Assembly: GCA_934167485.1 (NCBI GenBank) | Contig: CAKPKL010000003.1 | Location: 7,153 to 71,152, forward strand | From: an uncultured Bacilli bacterium | GTDB lineage: Bacteria > Bacillota_I > Bacilli_A > RF39 > UBA660 | Reading direction: 5' to 3' | Length of the DNA: 64,000 nucleotides | Shown: piece after piece, positions 29,836-41,616 of the stretch | Layout: every line of letters begins with the position of its first letter | Numbering within the stretch: the first letter of the stretch is position 1 | Program-made: the position numbers and the translations under genes | Notes under the pieces: model-generated | Told to the model about the DNA's origin: nothing | Database searches by the model: none | Seen by the model: only the letters and a program-made list of their open reading frames with translations

Positions 29836-29880
29836 AAAAAAATATAGGTTATTGATTAATCTATATTTTATATAAAAGCT
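29836..29880 (+). repeat. third copy (C) of the ~35-bp pilin-promoter element, in inverted orientation and with a degenerate -10
   Basis: + strand aaaaaaatataggttattgattaatctatatttt matches copies A and B, then diverges (atataaaagc instead of tttagtataat). Points toward the 3' end of ORF 29879..30418. Confidence 0.55.
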
Positions 29881-30418
29881 ATTTTAATTTAATAAGTACA
29901 TATATACTTTCTATTAGTGATAATACCTCTGATATAAGTAATAACAACCCTGCTGTTGTTGCAATTGTCATAATTGATGTAAATGGATTAATTATTAATA
30001 ATATACCTAATACTATCATAAGTATAGTAAGTATTACTAACCATATATATTCTGTTAATATTGTACTTAAATTAATAGATAATTGTAACTTAAATAAATT
30101 ACTAACTATTATCCATATACCTAATATTATTGGAAATATATTTATTAAGTCCATTCTATATATAAATATCATTATACCTGATATAAGTGTAATTAAACCT
30201 AATAATAAATCAAAACTAAATAATCTAGATTCATGTGACATTGTAAAGTATGAAACAAAATAACCTATACCATTTATAAACATAATAATAGAAAATATTA
30301 TTACAAATACTTCTAAAGATTTTAATGGATTAATTATTAAAAATATAGAAAGTATTATCATTAAACTAGATATTATTATTGAATAGCTTTCACATCTTTT
30401 TATATATTCTTTTATCAT
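29879..30418 (-). CDS. integral membrane protein, hypothetical
   Basis: 179 aa, about 6 predicted TM helices, no conserved motif recognised. Confidence 0.4.
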   Translation of the reverse strand: MIKEYIKRCESYSIIISSLMIILSIFLIINPLKSLEVFVIIFSIIMFINGIGYFVSYFTMSHESRLFSFDLLLGLITLISGIMIFIYRMDLINIFPIILGIWIIVSNLFKLQLSINLSTILTEYIWLVILTILMIVLGILLIINPFTSIMTIATTAGLLLLISEVLSLIESIYVLIKLK

Positions 30419-30552
30419 ATATTCCTCCTATATTTAGGATACCATATTTTTAAATTTTTATTAATATACAAAAATTATATAAATGTAGTTTATTATACAA
30501 TTATATTTCAGTACTTATTAATTTTTTTATCTATTTCTAATAATTCTTTCAC

Positions 30553-31137
30553 TTAATTCTCCAAATCTTTTAAAGTAATTCCCCAAGAGTTTAAATGTTT
30601 ATATATAGTTTCTGTTGGGATACCTAATATATTATAATAACTTCCTTCTATTTTATCTAAAAAGTTAGATACCATTGTTTCAAAAACAAATCCTGATACA
30701 TGTAATGTACTTGGTTCATTTTCTATATAATAATCTATATCACTTTCACTTATTTTTCTTAAAATAATTTTAGTACTAACACAATCAGTTATTATTTCAT
30801 TATTATATTTATTAATAAGTGTTATACCTGTTATTACATACGAAGTATTTCCAGAACAAAGTCTTAAATTATTTTTAGCTTCTTCTAATGTTTTAGGTTT
30901 TTCTAATATAATACCATCTACATATACTACTGTATCAAGTGATAGTATTATTCCATCATTTATTTTATCTTCTACGCTTTTTGCTTTACCAAAAGATAAG
31001 TCTTTAACATATTTATAAACATCATTATAATTTTTTGACTCTTCCTTAAAATTACTTTCTATATTAGTATGTTTTAATCCTGTTGTATTTAATATTTTAC
31101 TTTTAAATTTAGATGTACTAGCTAATATTAGTTTCAA
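30553..31137 (-). CDS. maf: Maf-like nucleotide pyrophosphatase
   Basis: MKLILASTSKFKSKIL N-terminus. Length 194 aa. Overlaps the next ORF by 4 nt. Confidence 0.55.
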   Translation of the reverse strand: MKLILASTSKFKSKILNTTGLKHTNIESNFKEESKNYNDVYKYVKDLSFGKAKSVEDKINDGIILSLDTVVYVDGIILEKPKTLEEAKNNLRLCSGNTSYVITGITLINKYNNEIITDCVSTKIILRKISESDIDYYIENEPSTLHVSGFVFETMVSNFLDKIEGSYYNILGIPTETIYKHLNSWGITLKDLEN

Positions 31138-31457
31138 TCTATCACCTTTTCTAAGTATATTCTATTATTAAATGAACCTCTTTTTAGTACTTTTTGATGA
31201 GCTATAAGAGAAACATCTTCTAAAGTTTTTCCTTCTATTTTAGCAAGTGCTGCTATTACTTCTAACATATCAGCTAATTCTTCTAGTCTATCCTGTCCAT
31301 TTGCACTTATTACCTCGTTATATTCCTCATAAAATTTTTTTTCTAACTCTTTTTTATATTCATCTTCATTCAATACTTTTATAACAGGATTTTCTCCATT
31401 ACCTTTTATTATATCTGGTATTTTATCTCTTACTAATTTATTATATATTTTATCCAT
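31134..31457 (-). CDS. MazG-like nucleotide pyrophosphohydrolase domain protein
   Basis: KLVRDKIPDII...EEYNEV...LEELADMLEVIAALAK resembles the all-alpha NTP-PPase fold (E..E/D-rich helices). Confidence 0.45.
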   Translation of the reverse strand: MDKIYNKLVRDKIPDIIKGNGENPVIKVLNEDEYKKELEKKFYEEYNEVISANGQDRLEELADMLEVIAALAKIEGKTLEDVSLIAHQKVLKRGSFNNRIYLEKVID

Positions 31458-31502
31458 AGTATCACCTATTTAATTATAACAAAAATAACTATTTTTGAAT
31501 AG

Positions 31503-33134
31503 TTATTTTGAACTTTTTACTATAGATATAAATAATACACGTGTAGAATTATTAGATGCGAAACCTTTATAGTTATTAGTTAATTCTACTAGTGCTTGAG
31601 CCTTACTACTATAGTTTGCAAGCTTATTAGCAGTATTACTTAATTTATTTATTCCTTCACTATTAAATGCACTAATACCTTTATCTAACTTGTTTATACC
31701 ATTATTTAATTTATCTACTCCATTATATAATGTATTAAGTGAAGTTTTTATTGTATCCATCGCACTATCTCTTACGTTATTAGCTACTTCTTTTGATACT
31801 TTTTCTGCTACACTTCCTGCAACACTAGAAGCAGTCATAGAAGATACTGTAACAGATACTTCTTTTGATATCTTCTCTGCTACATACATTGAAGTTGATT
31901 GTGCAGTATTTTTAGCTGCTATACTTGAATATTTACTTATAACTGGTAAGTATTGATCAGATGCAATAATACTACAACTATTTGCTTGTTCTGGCGTCAT
32001 TGTTCCTCCCTGGCTTTGTATTGACTTACCAATTTCACAAGCAACATAATCATTATATTTTCCTGAATCTTGTAAATATTCCACTACAGCTTCTTCTACT
32101 TGTGATTTTACTATATTAACTACCTCTGGATCATTAGGATTTAAATTATTTTTAACTGTATTCCAAGTATTAAGAGCTATTTCATTTTTATAGTCATCTG
32201 TATACATAGATTCTACTGTACAAACTGATGCATCTTTAATAGAATTAATTTGTTCTTGACTTAAAGCATCTCCTGTAAGTTTATTAAGTGACGCTATTGA
32301 AGTTTCTAAACTATTTTTTAAAGTATTAGAACCTTTTGTTACTTCTTTAGAACCATCTTCTATTTTATTCATATTAGTTTGTAATGCATTAACACTACTA
32401 TATACTGTATCCAATTTATTAAATATATCTAAATCGCTATTATCTAATAATTTAGGTGTAGATACTATATACATATTACCTAAACTAAATTTTTTAGTAT
32501 CATATGTTATTGTAATTTCATCCATTCCTTTTAAACTATTTAAACCAATACTATCGTATAGTCCAGGAGATGATATACCTACTAATATATTTTTAGTACC
32601 ATTATTGATAACTTTTCCATTTGTTATACTTATATTAGAACTATTATTATCTAAAATAGTTCCTACAGTTACTACAAATGGTGTATACATATCAGTATAA
32701 ACTCCATTTACTAGTACTCTATTTTTCTCATTATTTGTAAATGTTAATTTAATTTTAACACTACCACTTTTACCTATCATATCTTTACTATTCATCTTTT
32801 TACCATTTAAATAATAGGTAATTTTAGTATCTATTGGAAGATTCTTATCTATTTTACCTCTATAATATATATCACTTCCTTTAGTACTCCATTTTATATT
32901 ATTATTTTCTATTTTAAATTTTTCTTCACCATTTATATTTAAAATATCAGTAAGCATACTCTCATCATCTATTGTACCTGTTTCTTTATTTACTAAATGG
33001 TTTACTACCGTAATATTAGTAATTTTTCCTGACGTATTTAAATTTGTATAAATTGTTTCACTTTTTTCTAAAGCAAATGTTGTTACTGGCATTAAGAGTG
33101 TAAGTGCGAGTAACATTTTTAATTTATTTTTCAT
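31503..33134 (-). CDS. secreted protein / lipoprotein with signal peptide, hypothetical (possible accessory partner of the MMPL transporter)
   Basis: MKNKLKMLLALTLLMPVTTFA signal. 543 aa. 11-nt overlap with the upstream MMPL gene. Confidence 0.45.
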   Translation of the reverse strand: MKNKLKMLLALTLLMPVTTFALEKSETIYTNLNTSGKITNITVVNHLVNKETGTIDDESMLTDILNINGEEKFKIENNNIKWSTKGSDIYYRGKIDKNLPIDTKITYYLNGKKMNSKDMIGKSGSVKIKLTFTNNEKNRVLVNGVYTDMYTPFVVTVGTILDNNSSNISITNGKVINNGTKNILVGISSPGLYDSIGLNSLKGMDEITITYDTKKFSLGNMYIVSTPKLLDNSDLDIFNKLDTVYSSVNALQTNMNKIEDGSKEVTKGSNTLKNSLETSIASLNKLTGDALSQEQINSIKDASVCTVESMYTDDYKNEIALNTWNTVKNNLNPNDPEVVNIVKSQVEEAVVEYLQDSGKYNDYVACEIGKSIQSQGGTMTPEQANSCSIIASDQYLPVISKYSSIAAKNTAQSTSMYVAEKISKEVSVTVSSMTASSVAGSVAEKVSKEVANNVRDSAMDTIKTSLNTLYNGVDKLNNGINKLDKGISAFNSEGINKLSNTANKLANYSSKAQALVELTNNYKGFASNNSTRVLFISIVKSSK

Positions 33135-35196
33135 ATTTAACTCCTTTCATATTTAATGTAGTTTTCATAATTATTTTATCAAATACAAGTAATAAACTTG
33201 GAAGTATTAATATTACTGTTAACATGCTTATTATTGATCCACGACTTAATAATTCACATATTGAACCTATCATATCTATTTTTGTATATACTGCAACACC
33301 AACTGTAGCTGCAAAGAAACAAAGAGCAGATACTATAATTGATGGAACAGTTGTACTTAAAGTTTCCTTCATAGCTTCATATTTATTTCCTATATTTTTT
33401 CTATCATTTAAGTATTTTGTTGACATAAGTATCGCATAATCTATAGTCGCACCAAGTTGTATTGTTCCAACTACTATAGAAGCTATAAATGGTAAACTTG
33501 TATTTGTAAAATATGCGAATGCCATATTTACAAATATAGCAAATTCTATAGAGAATACTAATATAACTGGAAGACTAATAGATTTTAATACAAATAACAT
33601 TATAAAGAATATAACTATTATTGATATATAATTAACCATGCGGAAATCATGGTCTGCTATTTCTACTAAGTCTTTCATAAGTGGGCCTTCACCAGCTATT
33701 ATTCCTTCATCATCATACTTATAAACTATATCCTTTATTTCATCTACTTGATTATTCAAATCATCACTAGCAATCTCATATGAAGAATTTAATATTATAA
33801 GTTGATATTTATCATTATCCATAATACTTATTAAATCATCTGGAATCATTTCTACTGGAAGTCCAAAATCTAATACTGTATTAGGAGCTAAAACTAAATC
33901 TATACCATCTACGTCTTTTAACTCTTTAGTTAAATTTTCTATTTTATTTGCTTTTATATTTTTATCTACTAATATAATTTCTGGAGAAACTATATTAAAG
34001 TTTTTTGCTAAATTTGTATTTGCTACATTAAAAGCTAAATCATTTGGTAATGATTCATCTAATTTATAATAAACATCATAGTTGTTATTACCTATATAAG
34101 CTGGTATCATAAGTAATACAAAAATAATTATAATTAATATATTGTGATTAATTGAAAATTTCTGTAATCTTTTAAAACTTGGAAATATATTCTTATGTTT
34201 TGTTTTTTGTATTAATTTATCAAATACAAGAAGTAATGATGGGAAGAGTGTTAAAACTGTTATAACTCCACAAATTACTCCTTTAGCCATTACTATACCA
34301 ATATCACGTCCGAGTGTTAAATCCATTGAACAAAGGGCTAAGAAACCAGCTACTGTTGTAAGTGATGAACCTAATACCGATACAAATGTATCTTTAATAG
34401 CAAGACTCATTGCATTCTTAATGTCTTTATTTTCTTTTTTATATTGTTCATATTTATGATATAAGAATATTGAAAAATCCATAGTTACCCCTAATTGCAA
34501 TATAGCTGTTATTGCTTTTGTTATATATGATATTTCTCCTAAAAATACATTAGAACCCATATTATATATAATAGCAATCCCTATATTACCTAGTAATAAA
34601 AATGGTATTATATATGAATCTGTTGTTATAAAAAGTATAATTAAACATAATATAACTGCTATTGTTACATAAATAAATACCTCACTATTAGATAAATTCA
34701 TAGTATCAAGAACCATTGCTGTCATACTACTAATATTATTAGGATCAGTAATTTTTCTTAAATCTTCTAGTGCTTTTATAGTACTATCTTCACTTGTAGA
34801 ACCATTAAATGTAACCATTATAATTGTACTATCACCATTATATAATTTATCTTGTAATTCATCAGGTAATATTTCCTTAGGTAAAGTAGTACCTATCGCA
34901 TCAGTTACACTAAATACTTTATTTACTCCATCTATTTTTTTTATTTTATCTTCTAACTTTAATATATCACTACCAGAAATATTATCTGTTTCAACAAATG
35001 CATATGATCCAAGACCAAACTCATCAGTTAATACATTTTCTCCTTTAATAGTGTCTATATCTTCTGGTAAATATACCAATATATCATAATTTGTTCTAGT
35101 ATTTACATAACCTATTATTGATGGAATTAAAAGTAATAAGCAAATAGTAACTACTAAAACACTATGATGTGTTATAAAATCTCTTAATTTTTTCAT
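33124..35196 (-). CDS. MMPL/RND-superfamily membrane transporter
   Basis: 690 aa with two 6-TM bundles separated by soluble domains. The upstream TetR regulator is divergent. Confidence 0.65.
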   Translation of the reverse strand: MKKLRDFITHHSVLVVTICLLLLIPSIIGYVNTRTNYDILVYLPEDIDTIKGENVLTDEFGLGSYAFVETDNISGSDILKLEDKIKKIDGVNKVFSVTDAIGTTLPKEILPDELQDKLYNGDSTIIMVTFNGSTSEDSTIKALEDLRKITDPNNISSMTAMVLDTMNLSNSEVFIYVTIAVILCLIILFITTDSYIIPFLLLGNIGIAIIYNMGSNVFLGEISYITKAITAILQLGVTMDFSIFLYHKYEQYKKENKDIKNAMSLAIKDTFVSVLGSSLTTVAGFLALCSMDLTLGRDIGIVMAKGVICGVITVLTLFPSLLLVFDKLIQKTKHKNIFPSFKRLQKFSINHNILIIIIFVLLMIPAYIGNNNYDVYYKLDESLPNDLAFNVANTNLAKNFNIVSPEIILVDKNIKANKIENLTKELKDVDGIDLVLAPNTVLDFGLPVEMIPDDLISIMDNDKYQLIILNSSYEIASDDLNNQVDEIKDIVYKYDDEGIIAGEGPLMKDLVEIADHDFRMVNYISIIVIFFIMLFVLKSISLPVILVFSIEFAIFVNMAFAYFTNTSLPFIASIVVGTIQLGATIDYAILMSTKYLNDRKNIGNKYEAMKETLSTTVPSIIVSALCFFAATVGVAVYTKIDMIGSICELLSRGSIISMLTVILILPSLLLVFDKIIMKTTLNMKGVKYEK

Positions 35197-35370
35197 ATTG
35201 AACTCCTTTCACTTAAACATTTTATTCTTTTAAAAATAAAATTACATCAACATATTTATTCTTGCGTATGATATCCAACAAATATATGAAAATGTATGTA
35301 CATTTAAACTACTTTTGTTGGATATCTTTACAAACGTATAAATTAGTGTATAATTATTGTTGGTGATAAT

Positions 35371-35931
35371 ATGGATAAAAAAATAGATTTAAGAGTAATA
35401 AAAACAAAGAAAAATTTATATAATAGTTTACTTATTCTTATGGGAAGCATGCCATTTGAAGATATAAAAGTATCTGATATATGTGATAAATCATTAATAA
35501 ATAGATCAACTTTCTATGCTCACTTTAGTGATAAATATGAACTATTACATTCACTTATATCAGACTTAAAAGAAGAGTTAGTTTTAACTTTAGAAAAAAA
35601 TCAAGGCATAGAAAATCCAAAAGATTATTATATGAAAATGATTGAATTATTTTTAACTCATATAGATGATAATATTAATACATATAAAGCTATTATAAAT
35701 AATAATAAAGATAGTATAGTTATGGATATGGTAACAGATACTTTAACAAATGATATTAAAAACAAACTAAAAAAAGAAGCTACTGGTAAAATACCTGTAG
35801 AGTTTATTTCTAAATTTTATATAGGAGCTGTTATAAGTGTAGGTATTGAATATTTAAGAAATCCTAAAGCAAATTCAAAAGAAAAAGTAATTGAATATTT
35901 AAATCAATTACTTCCTGATAAAATATACTAA
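35371..35931 (+). CDS. TetR/AcrR-family transcriptional regulator
   Basis: N-terminal HTH FEDIKVSDICDKSLINRSTFYAHFSDKYELL. 186 aa. Confidence 0.8.
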   Translation: MDKKIDLRVIKTKKNLYNSLLILMGSMPFEDIKVSDICDKSLINRSTFYAHFSDKYELLHSLISDLKEELVLTLEKNQGIENPKDYYMKMIELFLTHIDDNINTYKAIINNNKDSIVMDMVTDTLTNDIKNKLKKEATGKIPVEFISKFYIGAVISVGIEYLRNPKANSKEKVIEYLNQLLPDKIY

Positions 35932-35935
35932 TTAT

Positions 35936-37132
35936 TTAGTATTTTTTATTTACTATTTTTTCTGTTATCGCACATGTTGGTATATCACCTACTACATTAA
36001 GACAAGTAGCTGGTGGATCTACTATCCAACCTATAGTTGCTATTATTGGAAATGCTTCACTACTAAATCCATAAAGAGATACTATTAACATCTCTCCTAT
36101 AAGTCCTCCACCTGGAATTCCACTCATTACAACACCCGATAGTACAGCAATAACAATAGCTATTAAATATGTATCAAGCCCTGTAAAACTTTTACCAAAC
36201 ACAGTAAATAAGAATGCTATTTTAAGTATTGAGGCCATACTAGAACCTTCCATATGCATAGTTGCTCCTATTGGCATAACAGTACTACTTACATCTGGAT
36301 CCATATTCATATTTTTAGAACACTCTAAATTAGCAGGAAGACTTGCTAAAGATGAACAAGTACCAAGAGATGTTACTGTAGGAATAAATGAATATTTAAG
36401 AAACTCTTTTATACCTTTTTTACCACGAGCTATATAAGAATATAAAGAATAAAAAATTATGAAATAAAGAATAGACATTATATAATATAAAATCATACTT
36501 TTAGCGTAACTACCTATAATTTCTTTACCATATTCACCTATTAAAGATGCAAAATAAGCACAAAGTCCAATAGGTGCAATATACATAACTATATGAATTA
36601 CTTTAAGCATTACTAAAGATAAAGAATAAAGTCCCTCTTCTATTTTTTTACTATTAGTAAGATTAACTCCAAATCCAAATAAAATAGAAAATATTATAAG
36701 TGGCAACATACTACTTTTAGATAGTAATAAATTAAAATCACTTACAGTAACCATATCAACTATTTTATCTCCTATATTTATACTTTCTCTTACCCCCTCA
36801 CTTAAAGCTATACTAATACCATCACTAGGTGAAAATATTTTAACACCTATAAGCATAAATATTGAAGCTATCATACTAGTTATTATAAAAACTAACAACA
36901 TTACTCTAAAAGTCTTATTTAATTTTTTAAAACTTTTTATTCTAGATATACTACTAGATATAGTAAAAAATACAAGTGGAACTACTATTGTATAAAGTAA
37001 ATTTATAAATATAGTACCAATTGGTTTTAAATTTATCGCATTATCTTTTAATATAATACCAATTACACATCCTATAATTATTGAAACTAATAAAATTATT
37101 GGAAATTTATAAGTCTTTATTATTTTTTTCAC
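35936..37132 (-). CDS. dicarboxylate/amino-acid:cation symporter-family transporter
   Basis: 398 aa, polytopic. PIGATMHMEGSSMASILKIAF resembles the DAACS re-entrant-loop region. Confidence 0.5.
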   Translation of the reverse strand: MKKIIKTYKFPIILLVSIIIGCVIGIILKDNAINLKPIGTIFINLLYTIVVPLVFFTISSSISRIKSFKKLNKTFRVMLLVFIITSMIASIFMLIGVKIFSPSDGISIALSEGVRESINIGDKIVDMVTVSDFNLLLSKSSMLPLIIFSILFGFGVNLTNSKKIEEGLYSLSLVMLKVIHIVMYIAPIGLCAYFASLIGEYGKEIIGSYAKSMILYYIMSILYFIIFYSLYSYIARGKKGIKEFLKYSFIPTVTSLGTCSSLASLPANLECSKNMNMDPDVSSTVMPIGATMHMEGSSMASILKIAFLFTVFGKSFTGLDTYLIAIVIAVLSGVVMSGIPGGGLIGEMLIVSLYGFSSEAFPIIATIGWIVDPPATCLNVVGDIPTCAITEKIVNKKY

Positions 37133-37288
37133 ATATTACCTCCTGGTAAAATATATGTCAAAAAAAAAATATTAGACTAATTACTAATATTTAGTGGGTT
37201 CAATTTAATTATATCACTAAAGAATTCAAAATAAAAGACTATTATTATAAAAATTAAATGTGCTATAATTAAAGAGAGCCTAGAGTAA

Positions 37289-38923
<1,635 letters not shown>

Positions 38924-38925
38924 AA

Positions 38926-38958
38926 GAATTGGATTATTCCAATTCTTGTGTATTATTT
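38926..38958 (+). terminator. rho-independent terminator after pyrG
   Basis: agaattggattattccaattct hairpin followed by a T-rich run. Confidence 0.5.
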
Positions 38959-39316
38959 TCGTTATTTTTAATAGAATATTTAGTAGATAATGTATCACTA
39001 TTGACATTACTGTTTGATTAATGGTATATTATTTGCAACAGAAGTTGACTTCGGGATTTTACCCGTACTCGACTTCTTTTTTTCTATATATTTCAACTAA
39101 GTTACCATTTCTTAACATATTATCAAAATAATTTTAATTATTTTTCTCATAAATAGCCCCTATTCTATTTGAGGCCATTTTAACTTTATTATATTATTCT
39201 TTTTTTATAAATTTCTATAGAAACAATAAAGCTATTATTATCATTATCCTTTACTTCCATTAAAACAATAAAGTTATTTTTTAAATAATTACCTTTATCG
39301 GTGTACTAGTATACCG

Positions 39317-39682
39317 CTTAGGAGTATATAATAAGATGACATAGTTCTAAAACCGGCTACTGTTAACACCATAAATAGCCTTCGTTTCAATACCATTTAA
39401 GATAACATAGTTCTAAAACTATCAACATTATTATTTCTATCATCTATATGTTTCAATACCATTTAAGATGACATAGTTCTAAAACATAGATATATATGTT
39501 TAATTGATTATAAATGTTTCAATACCATTTAAGATAACATAGATCTAAAACAATCAATACCGGCTTCATCCATAATTAATAGTTTCAATACCATTTAAGA
39601 TAACATAGATCTAAAACAATCAATACCGGCTTCATCCATAATTAATAGTTTCAATACCATTTAAGATAACATAGATCTAAAA
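39317..39682 (-). CRISPR. type II-A CRISPR array: 5 full 36-bp repeats plus 1 degenerate terminal repeat, 5 spacers of 30 bp (two identical), leader at 39683-39765
   Basis: Repeats at 39383-39418, 39449-39484, 39515-39550, 39581-39616, 39647-39682 (gtttcaataccatttaagat[a/g]acatag[a/t]tctaaaac). Degenerate copy at 39317-39352. Spacers 39551-39580 and 39617-39646 are identical (aatcaataccggcttcatccataattaata). Confidence 0.9.
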
Positions 39683-39765
39683 CCTCAAATCATAAATCTA
39701 TACCCATATTATCATAGAGAAAATAATATTTTATAAATGGTATTTTTCTATGTCTATTAAGTTTA

Positions 39766-40437
39766 TTATAACATGAATTCATCTAAATCTTCATCAATAA
39801 TTAACTTTTTTTCATATTCAACAGTTGTTCCATAAGTTTGTGAATCTATTAACAATAATTTTATTTCGTTATAAACGGCATATTTATAAAATTCAATTAA
39901 TTCTGTTTTATTTAAATATTGCTTTAAATTAACAAATATTAGGATATTTTTAGTATTTAATGCTTTTTCCAAATCTATTAACAATAATAGATTATCTAGT
40001 AACTCATTATTGTAGTTGATAGATAATTTAACAAGCTTTGTTAAATTATCTATTGTTACATTCTCTTCAATATTTAATGGTAAATCAATATTATTTAGTA
40101 TTCTTTTATATAATTTAATAATTTTATTATATAAGTTAAATAAATTGTTTCTATCACTCTCATCTATGTTTTCATTAACATACTTTGATAAATCATTAAT
40201 ATACTTTTTTGAATCAAATTGAAAATCAAAAAAATTTATAAATATTTTTATTTTACCATTTAAATTTTTTTCTTCATCTTTTTTGAAAAAAGAAATATTA
40301 TCTGAATATCCAATATTATATATAGAATATAAGTCATTAACAAAACGATAAAAGTAATTTTTGTTTTCTATTTCTATAACATTAACACTATTTTTTAAAT
40401 CAATAGTATTATCTATATAATTAACCTTCATATTCAT
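39766..40437 (-). CDS. csn2: Csn2 (type II-A CRISPR-associated)
   Basis: About 220 aa, Lys/Asn-rich, last gene of cas9-cas1-cas2 before the array (II-A synteny). 4-nt overlap with cas2. Confidence 0.7.
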   Translation of the reverse strand: MNMKVNYIDNTIDLKNSVNVIEIENKNYFYRFVNDLYSIYNIGYSDNISFFKKDEEKNLNGKIKIFINFFDFQFDSKKYINDLSKYVNENIDESDRNNLFNLYNKIIKLYKRILNNIDLPLNIEENVTIDNLTKLVKLSINYNNELLDNLLLLIDLEKALNTKNILIFVNLKQYLNKTELIEFYKYAVYNEIKLLLIDSQTYGTTVEYEKKLIIDEDLDEFML

Positions 40438-40754
40438 AATATAATCAATCTATCCTCACTATTAACTATTTTAGTGTTACTTTCTCCTATTATATTTTCT
40501 ATTTGTGAATATTGTTTTTCTGTAACAGTTAACACTTGTATTAATCCTTTTTTAGGAGCATTTTTTCTAAGTCTTTCAACTAATATATTGGATTGCTGAG
40601 AATTAAGGACAAGTTTAGAGTAAACAGATTCTTGCATCATAATAAAACCTTCACTCAATAAATATTTTCTAAACTTTAGATAATTTCTTTTATCTATTGC
40701 ATAAATATTTGGTAAATCAAAAAACACCATTGTTCTCATAACTCTATCCCTCAT
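40434..40754 (-). CDS. cas2: Cas2 (true start probably MRTMVFF, about 40736)
   Basis: MVFFDLP...[27 protein letters not shown]...LTVTEKQYS matches type II Cas2. Confidence 0.85.
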   Translation of the reverse strand: [106 protein letters not shown]

Positions 40755-41616
40755 AATAAATAAATTCCTTATACCTATTTATATCGTTTATAGAATCTAA
40801 TGTATTCTTAACAAAAAATTTTATTATATCTTTTAAAGTGTAATTCTTTCCAAGATATTTATATGTATTGTTAAATATGTTTACTATATCTAATTTATAA
40901 TTGGTATCTAATTCTCTATCTTGATTATAATATACAAAATTATCAATAATTACTCTAAATGGTTCCATTAAATCACAAGTTAGATTAAATTCATTAAATT
41001 CATTTTTATGGTGTATTCCAAGTTGTGTTAAATAACCATTACTTACAACTTCTTTATTAACTGTAGAAAGCAAAATAGCATAACCATAATTAAGAGCTGC
41101 GTTAATATTGTCTTGATGATTTCTAACAAAGTGCATTCCATATAATGCGTTAAAATATACTTTTGCAGAATGACCTTCTCTATTAGTTTTATCGCCTGGC
41201 ACTACATCATCAACATAACTTAAAACAAGTTTATATTTATCTGAGTTAATTTTTTTCAAAAGACTAGCTTGATTAAGTATTTTATTTTTTACAATTTTTT
41301 CCCATAACAAATCTTTTTTAGACACTTTCCAAGATATTTGCTCTTTTATTTTCTTACTAGTATTGTGTCGTGAATAATAAGAAGATAGTTCTCCAAATGG
41401 ATTATGTTTATCATCACAAAAAATAATATTTATTTTATTATCTGACAATTCTTTTAAGAGATAAGCAGAAATAGATACAGATATTGAATCTACAATTATT
41501 GTATCTATTTCTGATAAATGAATATATTTTTCATCATTGTCTTGTTTTACAACTAAAAACCTATTCTTATAATTTATCTTTGATTGTCTAGTAATTACAA
41601 CTGTTCTAAAACTCAT
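40744..41616 (-). CDS. cas1: Cas1 integrase
   Basis: MSFRTVVITRQSKINYKNRFLVVKQ...HLSEIDTII...IIFCDDKHNP...EGHSAKVYFN...MEPFR match type II-A Cas1. Confidence 0.9.
   Translation of the reverse strand: MSFRTVVITRQSKINYKNRFLVVKQDNDEKYIHLSEIDTIIVDSISVSISAYLLKELSDNKINIIFCDDKHNPFGELSSYYSRHNTSKKIKEQISWKVSKKDLLWEKIVKNKILNQASLLKKINSDKYKLVLSYVDDVVPGDKTNREGHSAKVYFNALYGMHFVRNHQDNINAALNYGYAILLSTVNKEVVSNGYLTQLGIHHKNEFNEFNLTCDLMEPFRVIIDNFVYYNQDRELDTNYKLDIVNIFNNTYKYLGKNYTLKDIIKFFVKNTLDSINDINRYKEFIYYEG

Noticed and set aside
29780-29880. Site-specific invertible promoter (fim-like switch) around inverted element copy C
   Set aside because: I could not find flanking inverted repeats or an adjacent invertase. 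Copy C also has a degenerate -10, so a static relic is more likely. Kept only as a low-confidence note.
39041-39090. GC-rich imperfect hairpin + T-run (gaagttgacttcggg…cccgtactcgacttcttttttt) as a possible tRNA or sRNA
   Set aside because: Too short and lacking tRNA arms. Most simply a second terminator between pyrG and the CRISPR array.
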